The position numbers were made by a program, and so were the translations under genes. Below the pieces are notes generated by a model that was not told the DNA's origin, searched no databases, and saw only the letters and a list, made by a program, of their open reading frames with translations. A stretch of DNA of 63,434 bases, counting the filler, from Choristocarpus tenellus KU-1152 (taxonomy: Eukaryota > Protista > Phaeophyceae): the NCBI GenBank assembly GCA_964200185.2. It is 7 parts of 7 records of this genome, joined end to end, with 100 filler letters (N's around TTAATTAATTAA, not from the genome) between each part and the next. Parts side by side here need not be neighbours in the genome. Positions count along the whole stretch, not along the records: positions 1 to 16,275 come from CAXNAD020000851.1; positions 16,376 to 22,390 come from CAXNAD020009164.1; positions 22,491 to 28,897 come from CAXNAD020008201.1; 4 more parts are not named here. One strand, 5' to 3'. Position 1 is the stretch's first letter; every line of letters starts with the position of its first letter. This document shows positions 14,090 to 25,217 of the stretch, in pieces.

Positions 14090-14520
14090 AATATATAGAG
14101 TTAGCTTTTCAATCGAAAAAATCTGCAAAATGTCAGAGGGATAAATAATATGTATGGCTATGAAAGAAACCGATGACGATATGAAGTATTGAGAGTAAGG
14201 TATTGTGGATCTGAATAATTTATACCCGTTCATATTTCTAAGAGTGGTGTGGTAGAAATATACCGATAACATGATGATATGTTGACGAATTAACACAACA
14301 GTGGCTTGCACAACTTGTGCTCACTACGGGATATCATTGTGGAGGGATTCAAATCAATGTATTTGTAAGAGGGGATTATTTGTCCCTCTTTCGCAGATAG
14401 GGGAGTGGTACATAATATTTTTCCAAGTTTTATACTAAGTATTATTATGCCCTTTGACATTTTGCACATGTGTTGGAGGAAAACCAAAGTTGTATCACTA
14501 GGACCTCTGTACAAATATCA
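14090..14520. repeat. Older dispersed repeat family D with an internal inverted repeat; relatives at ~12480-12680 and ~42570-42650
   Basis: attatgccct(c/t)t(g/a)acattttgca motif at 12592, 14444 and 42575, and inverted at ~14125-14145. Confidence 0.5.
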
Positions 14521-14689
14521 GTTATCGTCAATGTGAAGGGTACCTCTGTGGAAAGCAGAGTTGTCTGCAATCATACTGTTATTGCCGTATGCCATACACC
14601 ATTATGCCGATTAACCACATCCCTACAGAATCACACGATTTACATCCCTCCAAAAAGTGTTCACTATTTGAAACTAACATTACAATAAC

Positions 14690-15245
14690 ACGCACACACA
14701 CAGTGAGGGGGAGGGGGCAAATGACACTGTTGGGAAAGGGTCTATCAAGTCCCACCTACAAAACAGATAGTGTCTATCACTACAGAAGTGGATCTCTCGA
14801 AAACGCGTCATGCATTTCCAGCTTTAGGCACCAGTCAGACGAGCAATTGTTACAGCACGCTCCAGAAGCTTACCTCCACAGGATGTATAGCTCCAATCCA
14901 CTAGCCTATAGATGACGCTGATGCACGTACAGGACTCCCAATGCACAAGTCGTCAAATATGCTGGATCTCTCCCTTGGATTATTCCCTTCATTAGTATCA
15001 TCAACATCATCATATAAAAGGAACTGGTAACGATGTACCACCTGGGGGCATGACAATAACTAAATAAATAAATAGTAAAGAAGTACAAATGTATCAAATC
15101 TAGGACTTCAAGGTCATAATGGTGTTTATGAAACCGCCATCAAGACATAGCGCCTGTGACACAAGAAGGATCTGTCAGATTATTGGGACGTTTCCCTATC
15201 TCCTCGCCCACCTTTGCAGGGTAAACCTATGTTAGAGCCATAGCA
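14690..15245 (+). mobile_element. RLE non-LTR 3' remnant split by a solo LTR
   Basis: cagatagtgtctatcactacagaagtgg...gagcaa matches the family and resumes as caagaaggatctg after 15161. Confidence 0.62.
14848..15161. mobile_element. Solo LTR-like element, family L2
   Basis: TGTTACAG...CTGTGACA ends with CAAT/CAAG flanks. Related ends at 22312-22390, ~60550-60633 (reverse) and ~54307-54345 (reverse). Confidence 0.62.
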
Positions 15246-15489
15246 ATAGGGTATACAGTACATTGTACTTACCAACCTTCAAGGGCACAATATTTCATAG
15301 GTAGTATCCAAATAGAAAATAGTTTTGGATAGGTATATTTTACATTAACTACAGCATAATAATAATATATATATACAACAATGCTCCCTTTTGAATGTTG
15401 GTAACTACAACATTATGTGTACACTACTGTTATGCCTCTAACGTTGGTCAGCTCTACAAAGAGCGAGGAACTTTGTACAAGTTTCATAG

Positions 15490-16025
15490 ATGTGTGCACA
15501 GTGGACCGGAATTTCTGTATGGATGTGGTCTTCCATGCTTGGGTACTTGCGGATGCCGAATCAGCTCCCTACTGGGACAAAGAGGTCCCCTCCTGGATGT
15601 TGTGTTTCCAGAAGTGCAAGCAGCATCCCATCTGCCACACTTATCCAGTAGCAATGGTGTAGCTGCTGCTGCAGCCGAGGCACGAAAACGCACCCACTAC
15701 GAGGTTCTTTTGGACCTCGTACTTTTAACCCGAACATCTTCGTGGCGGAAAGTTTCGGGTGCCTCGGTAAGCAGGGAGAACGTTTTCTGGATGAGTTGAC
15801 TACTCATGCAGTGGAGGGGAGAGAAGAGGGAGGTTATACCAGGAAGGGGAATGTCAAATCCTGCTTACGATAGATATTGTCTGTCACTACACAAGTGCCT
15901 CTCTCAAGACGTTTCATATGTTTCCAGCTAGAGACACCAGGCAGATGGGCAAGAAGGAGTCTGCCGGATTCTGCTTCCCTACCTTCTCGCAAAGTTGTGT
16001 AGGGCTAAGCTGGGTTGGAGGCATA
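15490..16025 (+). mobile_element. 3' remnant of an RLE-type (CRE/R2-like) non-LTR retrotransposon; longest copy in the window
   Basis: Frameshifted translation MDVVF..LLDVVFPEVQA..AAAAAEARKRTHY..FVAESFGCLGKQGERFLDEL..KGNVKSCLR*ILSVTTQV fits a restriction-like endonuclease C-terminus (D..D, E..K..Y, ESFG..G). Confidence 0.72.
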
Positions 16026-16275
16026 AGAAGATTGTACACATAAAATCGTAATTACCATTGTGTTAGAGAGTAACAGTCTCTCACCAAAATCGAGGATGGA
16101 GCATACTATGGAGGATGGTTTGACCCAAAATGGTGCGCGGAAAGTGTCCATATGTTTTTTTGTAAATGTTGCGGCACTTTTTAAGGGCCCCTTTTTGAAT
16201 GGGAATCCATGCCGAAGGTGGTAGTAGGACAGTGTGTGGGGGGCAGCAATGATTTCGTTTGATCGTCGTGCACAT

Positions 16276-16375
16276 NNNNNNNNNNNNNNNNNNNNNNNNN
16301 NNNNNNNNNNNNNNNNNNNTTAATTAATTAANNNNNNNNNNNNNNNNNNNNNNNNNNNNNNNNNNNNNNNNNNNN
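16276..16375. other. Artificial contig linker (also 22391-22490, 28898-28997, 45910-46009, 49107-49206, 52571-52670; 10-N gap at 52195-52204)
   Basis: Identical 100-nt N blocks with a central TTAATTAATTAA giving stops in all six frames. Confidence 0.98.
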
Positions 16376-16420
16376 GACCCCAAATGGACAGCCGCCACCC
16401 CCTCCCAGATACTTTGAGCC
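16376..16420. mobile_element. MITE family A end at a contig start
   Basis: caaatggacagccgccaccccctcccagatactttgagcc matches the family right end. Confidence 0.75.
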
Positions 16421-16692
16421 TTTGGCTCCTTAGCGAGGGTACCTGTCCCCTCCTAAGGAGGCAACGTTGTTTATGCTATCACCTGTACTGCTTGAGAGGG
16501 GATGGTGCACTTCCCTCCTCCAAGGGGAAGTGTAAGACTACAACGAAACCGCCCTCACAGACAAAATGGTACCTTATCTTCTGTTTTCCAATATGAGCAT
16601 GTGATCTACAGAGAGAGGCTGCTATTTCTATTCAACCATTGTATACTGAGTGCATTAAGGAAGTTCAATAGTAGTGTCTTAAATCCGTATCC

Positions 16693-16937
16693 GAGCCAAA
16701 GTATCTTAAAGGGTAGAGACGCGTCCATTTGGGGGCCAAAACCCACGGTCGCGATTTTGATGTAATTTTTCCTATCGTGCTTATTAGGAAGTGTCAATAT
16801 CCTTGTTCGGACACACCTTTTCATAACGTATATGTTTTAGTTTTGGAGTAGGTATACTGTCATACATAGCACGTGGGAAGTCAAGCCCCAAACGGACAAA
16901 CAGGGCAAAAATCTTACCCTCTAAGATACTTTCAGTC
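16693..16937. mobile_element. MITE family B
   Basis: Both TIRs; TSD ATCC. Confidence 0.9.
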
Positions 16938-17667
16938 ATCCTAAATGAATTCTCCCATCGAATACTCTGACACCTTTTATAATGTGCACCATTGCAACAT
17001 AGTCTACTCTGTATCTCCTTTTCAAAACCCTCCTCGTTTCTCTTATAATCACAGTTATCCTTAAACTTCTTCCTCTATCAACCATTTGATGCACTGCTTT
17101 CTTTGTGCTTGGTGATGAGATTCTCTATTCATAGTGACAAGTACCCCATACAAAAATACACTACTTTACCCGCCAACTGTTGTAGAGGTACTTTTCCACG
17201 ATTGCGTGTGTCACTAATACTACGATATAATTTCAGAAATAATTAACATTTTCCATTGTATAAATCCCCGTGCCTGGCCATATGGAGACTGGTGGTCTTA
17301 TCCAGCCGAAAAGAGAAACAGTGAGGATGGGAGTCATATCCATCTACATGGTAGTTCACAGTGTCAACCAGATTCTGAAGAATGTTTCGGAGATGGTCAT
17401 AGTATTAATCGAACTCCTCAAGATTGCTGACGTCTCAGTAAGCCATACTATTTGCTTGACCTTTTTATCCCCGATATGCATTTGCATGGCACTAACATCG
17501 AAAGTTTTGAATGTGGTTACTTCTGGGAGGGGTTTGTAGTGAATGTGACTTCTATATCCTTGTCAGGGGTTTTACAACCATATTTTCCAAGAAGAATGTG
17601 ATGCATGATACCCAGCAGATAGAGACATAATAGGCACTGTAGGATACGCATGCAATACATTTGTTGC

Positions 17668-17929
17668 GAGTCAAAGTATCTTAGAGGGTAGAGCCGCGTC
17701 TATTTGGGGGCCAAAATCCAATGTTGCAATATTGATGTAATTTTGGGTATCGTGTTTGTTAGGAAGTGTCAGTATCCTTGTTCCGGATACACCTTTTAAT
17801 AACGTCCATATTTTACCTACTCTGAAACATTTTTTAGGTAGGCAAAATGTAAAAAAAAAAAAACGTGGGAAGCCAAGCCTGAAATGGACTAACAGGAAAA
17901 AACTCGTACCCTCTAAGATACTTTTACTC
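17668..17929. mobile_element. MITE family B
   Basis: Both TIRs and colinear interior. Confidence 0.88.
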
Positions 17930-18590
17930 TATCGAGGGAAGCACTCTACGGCGTGCAGGCAGTATCAATTCGTGACTGAGGCCTCAACTGAACGCTCTCC
18001 ACGTCGGGGGCAGGCTGACCACACACAATTGGATGTTACTACTTGAAAATACAAGTGTGTATTGCAACATGGGAAAGTGTGTTCTTTGCTCCCTGACAAG
18101 CCAGATTATCCCATTCTACTTCCTCCCACACTCCGTTCCCTCTATGATGCGGGGCTGCTCCTTTGGTAGGGACTGTCAGCAGAGCGAGCGTTCTATTAGA
18201 AAAGGGAAGCACCTCAAGAGTGACGGCAACAAAGAGTGCCCTTGCAACATACCTTGTTGTCGTCTCCAATCTTGGTATGAGTAAGTGCCACCGAATTGGG
18301 TTTGACGTACTTTCAGGCCTGTCATCATGGCCAGACATGGTCTTTGGAAAGGGAAACACATCTGACTTCTCCTAGTTGTATTGAGCTCTGTCGTCAGTCT
18401 TATTTTAACTTCACGGCATCTCATTGTATGAAGGTGGGCACATTCGTGAGGCTTGTATCTGATTGGTTTAAAGCTGGAAACGACTTGTGGGTAACCCTAT
18501 ACATTTACCTATCCCATCACCAATAGCCTAAGACAAACTCCCTCATATAATATGCCTTTGTGGATGAACTTCCCTGCCAAAGTCCGTTCA

Positions 18591-18757
18591 GGCTCAAGGG
18601 TGGCGGCTGTCCATTTCGGGTCAAATTTTTCATATCGCGATTTTTGTGTGATTTGGCTACCATATGTCAGATGGATAATGCAAATGCACTTTTCCCAATT
18701 TTGGTCCAAATGGACACCCTCGTGTAGACGCCCCCACCCCCCCAGATACTTTGTGTC
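18591..18757. mobile_element. MITE family A, reverse orientation, left TIR partly deleted
   Basis: Reverse-complement match to 60754-60934. Confidence 0.8.
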
Positions 18758-18896
18758 GGCCCAATGGCAGACTTGGCCCAATCATGTTACCGATAGCCGC
18801 AAGCCAAAGGTTCTACAAACTTGCAATGATTTCCCCTATTTTGCAAATGCAAATACCTGCACCTGCACTCTGATAGGAGTAATGATGTGCATTTCA

Positions 18897-19154
18897 GAGC
18901 CAAAGTATCTTAGAGAGAAGAACCGCGTCCATTTGGGGGCCAAGATCCAATGTTGCGGTTTTGATGTAATTTTGGCTATCGTGTTTGTTAGGAAGTGTCA
19001 ATATCCTTGTCCGGACACACCTTTTCATGAAGTATACATTTTACCTACTCCGAAACGTTTTGGAGTAGGAAAATGTAATTAAAGGATCCATGGGAAGCCA
19101 AGCCCCAAATGGACAAACAGGGCAAAACTCGTACCCTCTAAGATACTGTCACTC
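18897..19154. mobile_element. MITE family B
   Basis: Both TIRs; flanks TCA(G). Confidence 0.88.
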
Positions 19155-22100
19155 TCAGCTTTTTCTATTGGATGCTATATAGTACAAAAACTAACCAACT
19201 CTGCTGTTCACTATGAGCCAAACAAATTGAGAGGTAGAGAGGGTTTCGTTTCAAGGATCCCCCAAGAAAGGGTCAAAATAACAGATTTTGTACAGTTACA
19301 CAGAAAGTGTCTTTGGTTGTCACTTCCTGGTGGAAACAGGGGATACCAATCTTGCGTACACTGATTGTATGCATAAAGCAACGAAATAGGGTATACTGCA
19401 CAGGGTAAGAAATGTGACTTAGAATACGAAAGGATCCAAAGCTGTCCGCATCTCAATTGGTTAGGCTCCAATAGCAAATGCTACACCACACTGAGTATCC
19501 CCAGATGATGCGCTCGACACGTGTAATGCCTTCCGTCTTCCCTTCCTCAGGTGAAGTGAAGCTGCGGATGTTTTATGTTTTGACATCCTTGCCTGTGTGT
19601 CAGTGATTTTAACGATGATACAATCTATAATTAGCAGGCAACGTTTTCTTCATTGTTTTCATATTCCTCTTGGTATCTCTTTTCAACACGCACCTTCTCG
19701 AGAGATTTTATAGACGGAAAAATGTCAACTCGAAAACCCCCATGATACAGCCTCTCCCAAACACACCTTTTAGGAACAAAAAAAAATGGCGATGAAAAGG
19801 GATTACAAAAGGTGCCTCAAATAACCATCTACAAGCCCCACTCAAAATGACTTCTTGCAAATGTTGAACTAAGGGTGAGAGGTCCAACTACATTTTGATC
19901 GACCTTGTCCAACACACCTTTTCATAAACCTTTTTTAACATACATCTTACGGGGGTCAAATGTGTGTGAATAAACGGGTTTGCAAAAGGTGCCACAAATT
20001 ACCTTTTGCAAACCCCATCAAAAACTACCTCCCGCAAGCCCCACTCAAAAGGACCACCTTCCAAAAGGAGCCCAAAACGGGGGGGGATTCTTCCATTTGT
20101 GGATGTCTTCGATTGACGTCTGTGTGCCTCCAAGGCAGTGACAGAGGCACTATATCTGATTATTTTCCTCACATCTCAGAAGTTCTTTGTTTTTATTATT
20201 GAAGGCGTTTGCCTGTTCTGATGGGCGATGTACAAGGGTCGATACTAATCACATTTTTTACTTCAATTACCTTTTTGCGACTTGTTCACTTTGCCTTTTT
20301 CTATCTGTCCATATACGTGAAACATCTCGTGTAAGCAGAGTCCTTAATATTTTGTTTCTGTGTCCATTAATGTGATACCTCTGTCCCACTAGGGCATATA
20401 GTTGTCGATTGCATTAGATCGTTTTCTAAGGGCAGTCACCCCAACATACTCCAGAGCACACTATTGTAGTCTACACTCCTCTATAAGCATGTGTGCCCTT
20501 TTTTTGCCAACTCTGACGTGCAGACATTACGGATTTCACGGTAAAAAAAAAATGTGCCTACTTCATTGTTTAGGGTCCGCGACACTGGGGAGGTAAAACA
20601 ACATCATTGTCATGCTTTCCAACAACAATGCCTTCGTGAAATTCGTCCGAGTAGGAGTTCTATTTCACTGTGATGGAACAAACAGTCCTATTCTCGGCAT
20701 AACCCGTATTACCCCATGTGTTTGATGGGGTGTTGTTTGGGAGTACGTACAATGTAGGACCCATGTGACTGTCATTCCTATTGTCACTGAATGCTCCATC
20801 CAGTGTGCAAAGGCAGCCTCTTCCTCTGTTGCTAATCGTCCATCTGTATATGTTTCATTTAGACAACAAGTTCAATACATTACTCCATCACACAATATGT
20901 GTGCGAGGTTCAGTGGGACTACAACCAGTTTCTTCTATGTAAACGTGCAACAAATAAATATTTAATAGATATTTGTTTCATTGCACTCACACTACAACAG
21001 ATCACACCTTACGTGTAAATGGCTACTCTATCTACCCCCTGCCCCTTGGCATTGTCTCGTATGCCACACCACCAAACAACACGTTTACACTATTGTTGAG
21101 TTTTTCAAAAAGTACATTGCCTTATCTCCGTATGTCTGGACCACCTGTGAGAACCTCATTTCCCTTCCACATTAGATTCGCATGCTATACCTTTCCACTA
21201 AAAAAGTATGTTCTGAAAACACAACAACACAAACACACACAACTACTCAAGAGTAGAATAAGACGAGGTAACACAAGATCGTAACACATACACAAACAAA
21301 TAGCAACACAGACACACAGACACACATGTGTACATAATTACTCAGACACAAACATTAACACGATTTACACAATAACACACAGATATGACACATTTTCTCA
21401 TGCAGAAGGGAGGGGGAGTTATCCACTTCGTTCATGAAGGGCACTCTGGAATCGTGTTGCAAAACAACCCATGTTCCAGCCCCTTATCCAAGTAACTCCA
21501 CTCTAGTACTGTACACTAAGGATGCGGCAATTTTTCCTTAGACTCAAGGGTATTGAATAATATAACACTAGTTATTCAATGCAAGGGAGTCTGGCAGGAA
21601 TGTGATGGTGATTAGAGCATTCGGACTAACAGTGTCCGACCTGTAGGTAGAAAGAGTTGCCTTCGATCCCTCAATAATTTGAGTTGAGGGTGCTTTGTGA
21701 TTCTGTAGTCTTGCCAACAGTGTACTTGATGTTTGAAAGAGAGAGATGCATACCCACTAGATTGTTGCAGGTGGTGTAAAGAGGAGGGCAATTGTATTTT
21801 GGTGTCAATATTGGACAAAAGTACTAGTCAACGCATATGAGGGAGATTCCCAAAGACGTGACACTTTGGGAGAGTGCATATGGGATAAACTTGCGTGTGT
21901 GTGTAGCGTTATGGGTGGATCATGTTCAGGGTGGAAAGGGCAGTCTAGTGTTGGGGAATGTACGCATGTCTAATTTGGATGGAGGGTAAAATGTGACGAT
22001 CCAGTAGGGAGAGTACGGTTCCTAGTAATTGATACTCTCGGAGATTGCACTTGCACTGTGTTGGTTGGGGAAAGGACTGCGTATTGTTTAATTAGGGTGA

Positions 22101-22311
22101 AAGATGGACTGTAATGTTGGGATAGGGACAAGAGAAGGGTCCATACACTAAAAACTCGAGAGAGGACTCAATACTTAAGAGAGGAGCACAAATGTGACAA
22201 ATGTGCTTGGATCTTAGTTCGACGGGGGCAATCATTTGTACCTATTGGAAAAGAGCAGCATTGTATTGAGGGAGGGCCCAAGTAAATAGTGTGTGTATTT
22301 AAGTTTGCATG

Positions 22312-22390
22312 TGTTACAGGCGCCCCTCAATGCTCACCTTTCCAGGATGTATAACTCAAATCCAACGACCTTAAAACGATGCTACGAGGG
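22312..22390. mobile_element. Family L2 end truncated by a gap
   Basis: Aligns to 14848-14910 and to the reverse complement of 60552-60633. Confidence 0.55.
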
Positions 22391-22539
22391 NNNNNNNNNN
22401 NNNNNNNNNNNNNNNNNNNNNNNNNNNNNNNNNNTTAATTAATTAANNNNNNNNNNNNNNNNNNNNNNNNNNNNNNNNNNNNNNNNNNNNAAAGGAAGGA
22501 CCAAAAACGTACAACCACAAAAAGAAAAGTTGAAAAATA

Positions 22540-22545
22540 TAAAAA

Positions 22546-22621
<76 letters not shown>
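22540..22621. repeat. Poly(A) run plus (CA)n microsatellite near a contig start
   Basis: Read directly from the sequence. Confidence 0.9.
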
Positions 22622-22623
<2 letters not shown>

Positions 22624-22710
22624 ACTAATTTTGAATCAAGGGAGTACCACTGACGTTCTGGTCGATACCTGAACATGGTCTACAAGCACAGCAGCCACAT
22701 TGGCCATTGC

Positions 22711-22793
22711 TACTGTTGTGTCATTGTGGACAACAACATACTGTTGTGTCATTGTGGACAACAACATACTGTTGTGTCATTGTGGACAACAAC
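22711..22793. repeat. 28-bp tandem repeat, 3 copies
   Basis: tactgttgtgtcattgtggacaacaaca at 22711, 22739 and 22767. Confidence 0.95.
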
Positions 22794-24068
22794 GGAGGCG
22801 AAACAGCTACCGCCATCCACCGCCTCGAACCATCAACAGTAAATCAGGTGGAGTCGTGTAGTTTCCAGCCCCTCCCACCTTAGTCCTCAGAAAACTGAGG
22901 TGGCTGTGCTGGGGATAGCATCTCCATCGTGAATATTTTTTTTTTAATCGTCGCAATGGCATAGGAATTCCTACAATGCATAGGACAAGGGTACAGGCAC
23001 TAATTTGTTCAAGGAGGCGAGGAAGTAAAGCTACTTCCTGGTAACGACCCTGGTCCCTCCTGATATAGTCTAGCCCTCCTGCATCCTGCACCTCGCTGGC
23101 ATTGCTTCCCCCCCCCCCTCACTATCTTTTCCCATCATCCTCCTCCTCTCTGTCTCAGCCCTCAGGCTCCTGCTCGTACTTCACCCACTAGACATAGACC
23201 TCACGATACTCACTACTAAAAGCCAAGCTTTGCCGAGCACATGCGTGAGATCACTGAAACAACAACATGATCTGAGCAGACTGCACTTCTGAGCAGAGTG
23301 CATGAAGTCGACGCTCTCACCGGGTTTGCTTGCAGACGCATGAAACAGGGCTGTTACACGGGACAAGGTAGGCAACACACAGCAGAAATAACTGGACATG
23401 GCCCCCCAACGATGCCACCACTCCATGATACCAGTGGAGCCATGATGAGGCATTTCCACCATGTACATTGCCTGCTTTGTCCAATGTAGGCCTGTTTAAT
23501 CTATCACACAGCTTCTATCTATCTATCTAATAAAGGCAGGAACGCCTCAAGTACCTTGTGCGCATGCTTTCTAACTCACTGTGGTTTGGCACCACTAGGA
23601 ATGTGTCGAGCATACACAGAAATGCGATTCGAACCGGGCTCGATAAAGGACCCTCAAACGCCTTCGTGAGTCCTTTAGTAGAGTACAAACACCATTCATA
23701 GCCGATAAGCAGGCACCTGTGCTTGAAGAAAGGCTCTTCAATCTCTGTCTCACACAGTGATTTCCATTTCAAAGACTTTCCCTCTCGCCCCCAGCTCCTC
23801 GTCTCCACCAGTCACTGCCGTCCTTTCATCCTTCGGGATTACATAACTAGAACCAGGACTGGGGTTAGGGTCAGCCCAATCATATTATATAATCTTGAAG
23901 GCGTCTAGCTACTCTGGTCCGTCTCACCTTTCGCTGACCAGCCTGCCACCAGCAGCGGGTCACCTCAGACAAGGGGGCCTTGATCACCGCCCGGGCCACT
24001 CGAACTACAGGTAGGCCCCCCGCTGCAATGTGAGTCTCTTCGTCAACCAATCCATACACCTGACGTGC

Positions 24069-24332
24069 CAGTCGATTTGTTCAAGTAAACAGTCGATTTT
24101 TGTTGGCTAATTCGTTCGAGTAAACTAGTAGACTGTTGGCTGGTTTGTTCAAGTAAACTAGTAAACTGTTGGCTGGTTTGTATCACAAGCAAACTAGTAA
24201 ACTATTGACTGATTTGTTCAAGTAAACTAGTAAACTGTTGACTGGTTTGTATCACAAGCAAACTAGTAAACAATTGCCTGATTTGTTCAAGTAAACTAGT
24301 AAACTGTTGGCTGATTTGTATCACAAATAAAC
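24069..24332. repeat. Tandem repeat with alternating 33/36-bp units
   Basis: The core (t/c)aaactagta recurs at 24121, 24154, 24190, 24223, 24259 and 24292. Confidence 0.92.
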
Positions 24333-25217
24333 ACGAAGTCGACACGAACAAGGGAAGCCATTGTATTCCAACAGTATTGTATTATTGTATTCCAACAGTA
24401 TCACATGATTCAACGAGCCCTGCCACCGCAAAGAAACCACTGATAAGGAGTGACTGCTCGACAGGCAATTAACATTAACGGAGTGACTTGCTTCAAGGCA
24501 AAAAAAAGGATAAGGTGGACTGACCAACGACAAGGGTCAGTGATATCTACAAGCACACCATGCGGAAACTGACAGAGGGGCCCACCAGATCATGCCATCG
24601 CCAAACACTGCATTCTGCAACAACATAGAGAAATGTAGTAGTGGCCCACTGGGACTGAAGTTCATCTTGTACATGTGGAGTAGTTGGATTCGATATACCA
24701 TTGTCATGCCACGACCAATGAGAAGATGGATCTCTTCGGGTTGTCATAGGCAAGAGGTCAAGAAAATAATGCTAGACTGATTAAAGAACCTGAGATGCGC
24801 TTGCTTCAATCAAAAGTAGCGGTGGTAAGGCCCTGGGGTGGCCCAATACCAGTCCATTGAAGAGAATAGGGATATCTACATTGTCAACGAATTGCCTACT
24901 CATGGTAGGATGGGCTGCATTTGACATGTGTGGAGAGAAATTCCACTTGTCACACAAACATGCTTAGGGGGGAAATGTTGTGTTCGACTTGAAGCAATGA
25001 GGTGGAGCTGGGGCTACACCATTAATGAAGCTTTGTGATGCATAACCAATAGTAGTGTGGTAGTAGTTAGAAAGTGGGGCTGGGTTTAGATAGGGTGAAT
25101 GTTGACGGATGTTAAGATATATCATCCTGATCTCCTTTCTTGCACGGCAGAGCAAAGAAATAGCGGCGTTTCGGCAGGTCAGTGCGCACAGAACGCACAA
25201 CTGGACTATCTCGGAAG

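Noticed and set aside
16320-16331. TTAATTAATTAA palindrome recurring six times
   Set aside because: Always centred in identical N blocks, so it is an artificial linker.
18552-19082. 176-aa ORF, the longest in the track
   Set aside because: Runs through MITE A and MITE B sequence; a chance open frame.
24069-24332. CRISPR-like array
   Set aside because: Units are contiguous with no unique spacers, there are no cas-like genes, and the context is eukaryotic.
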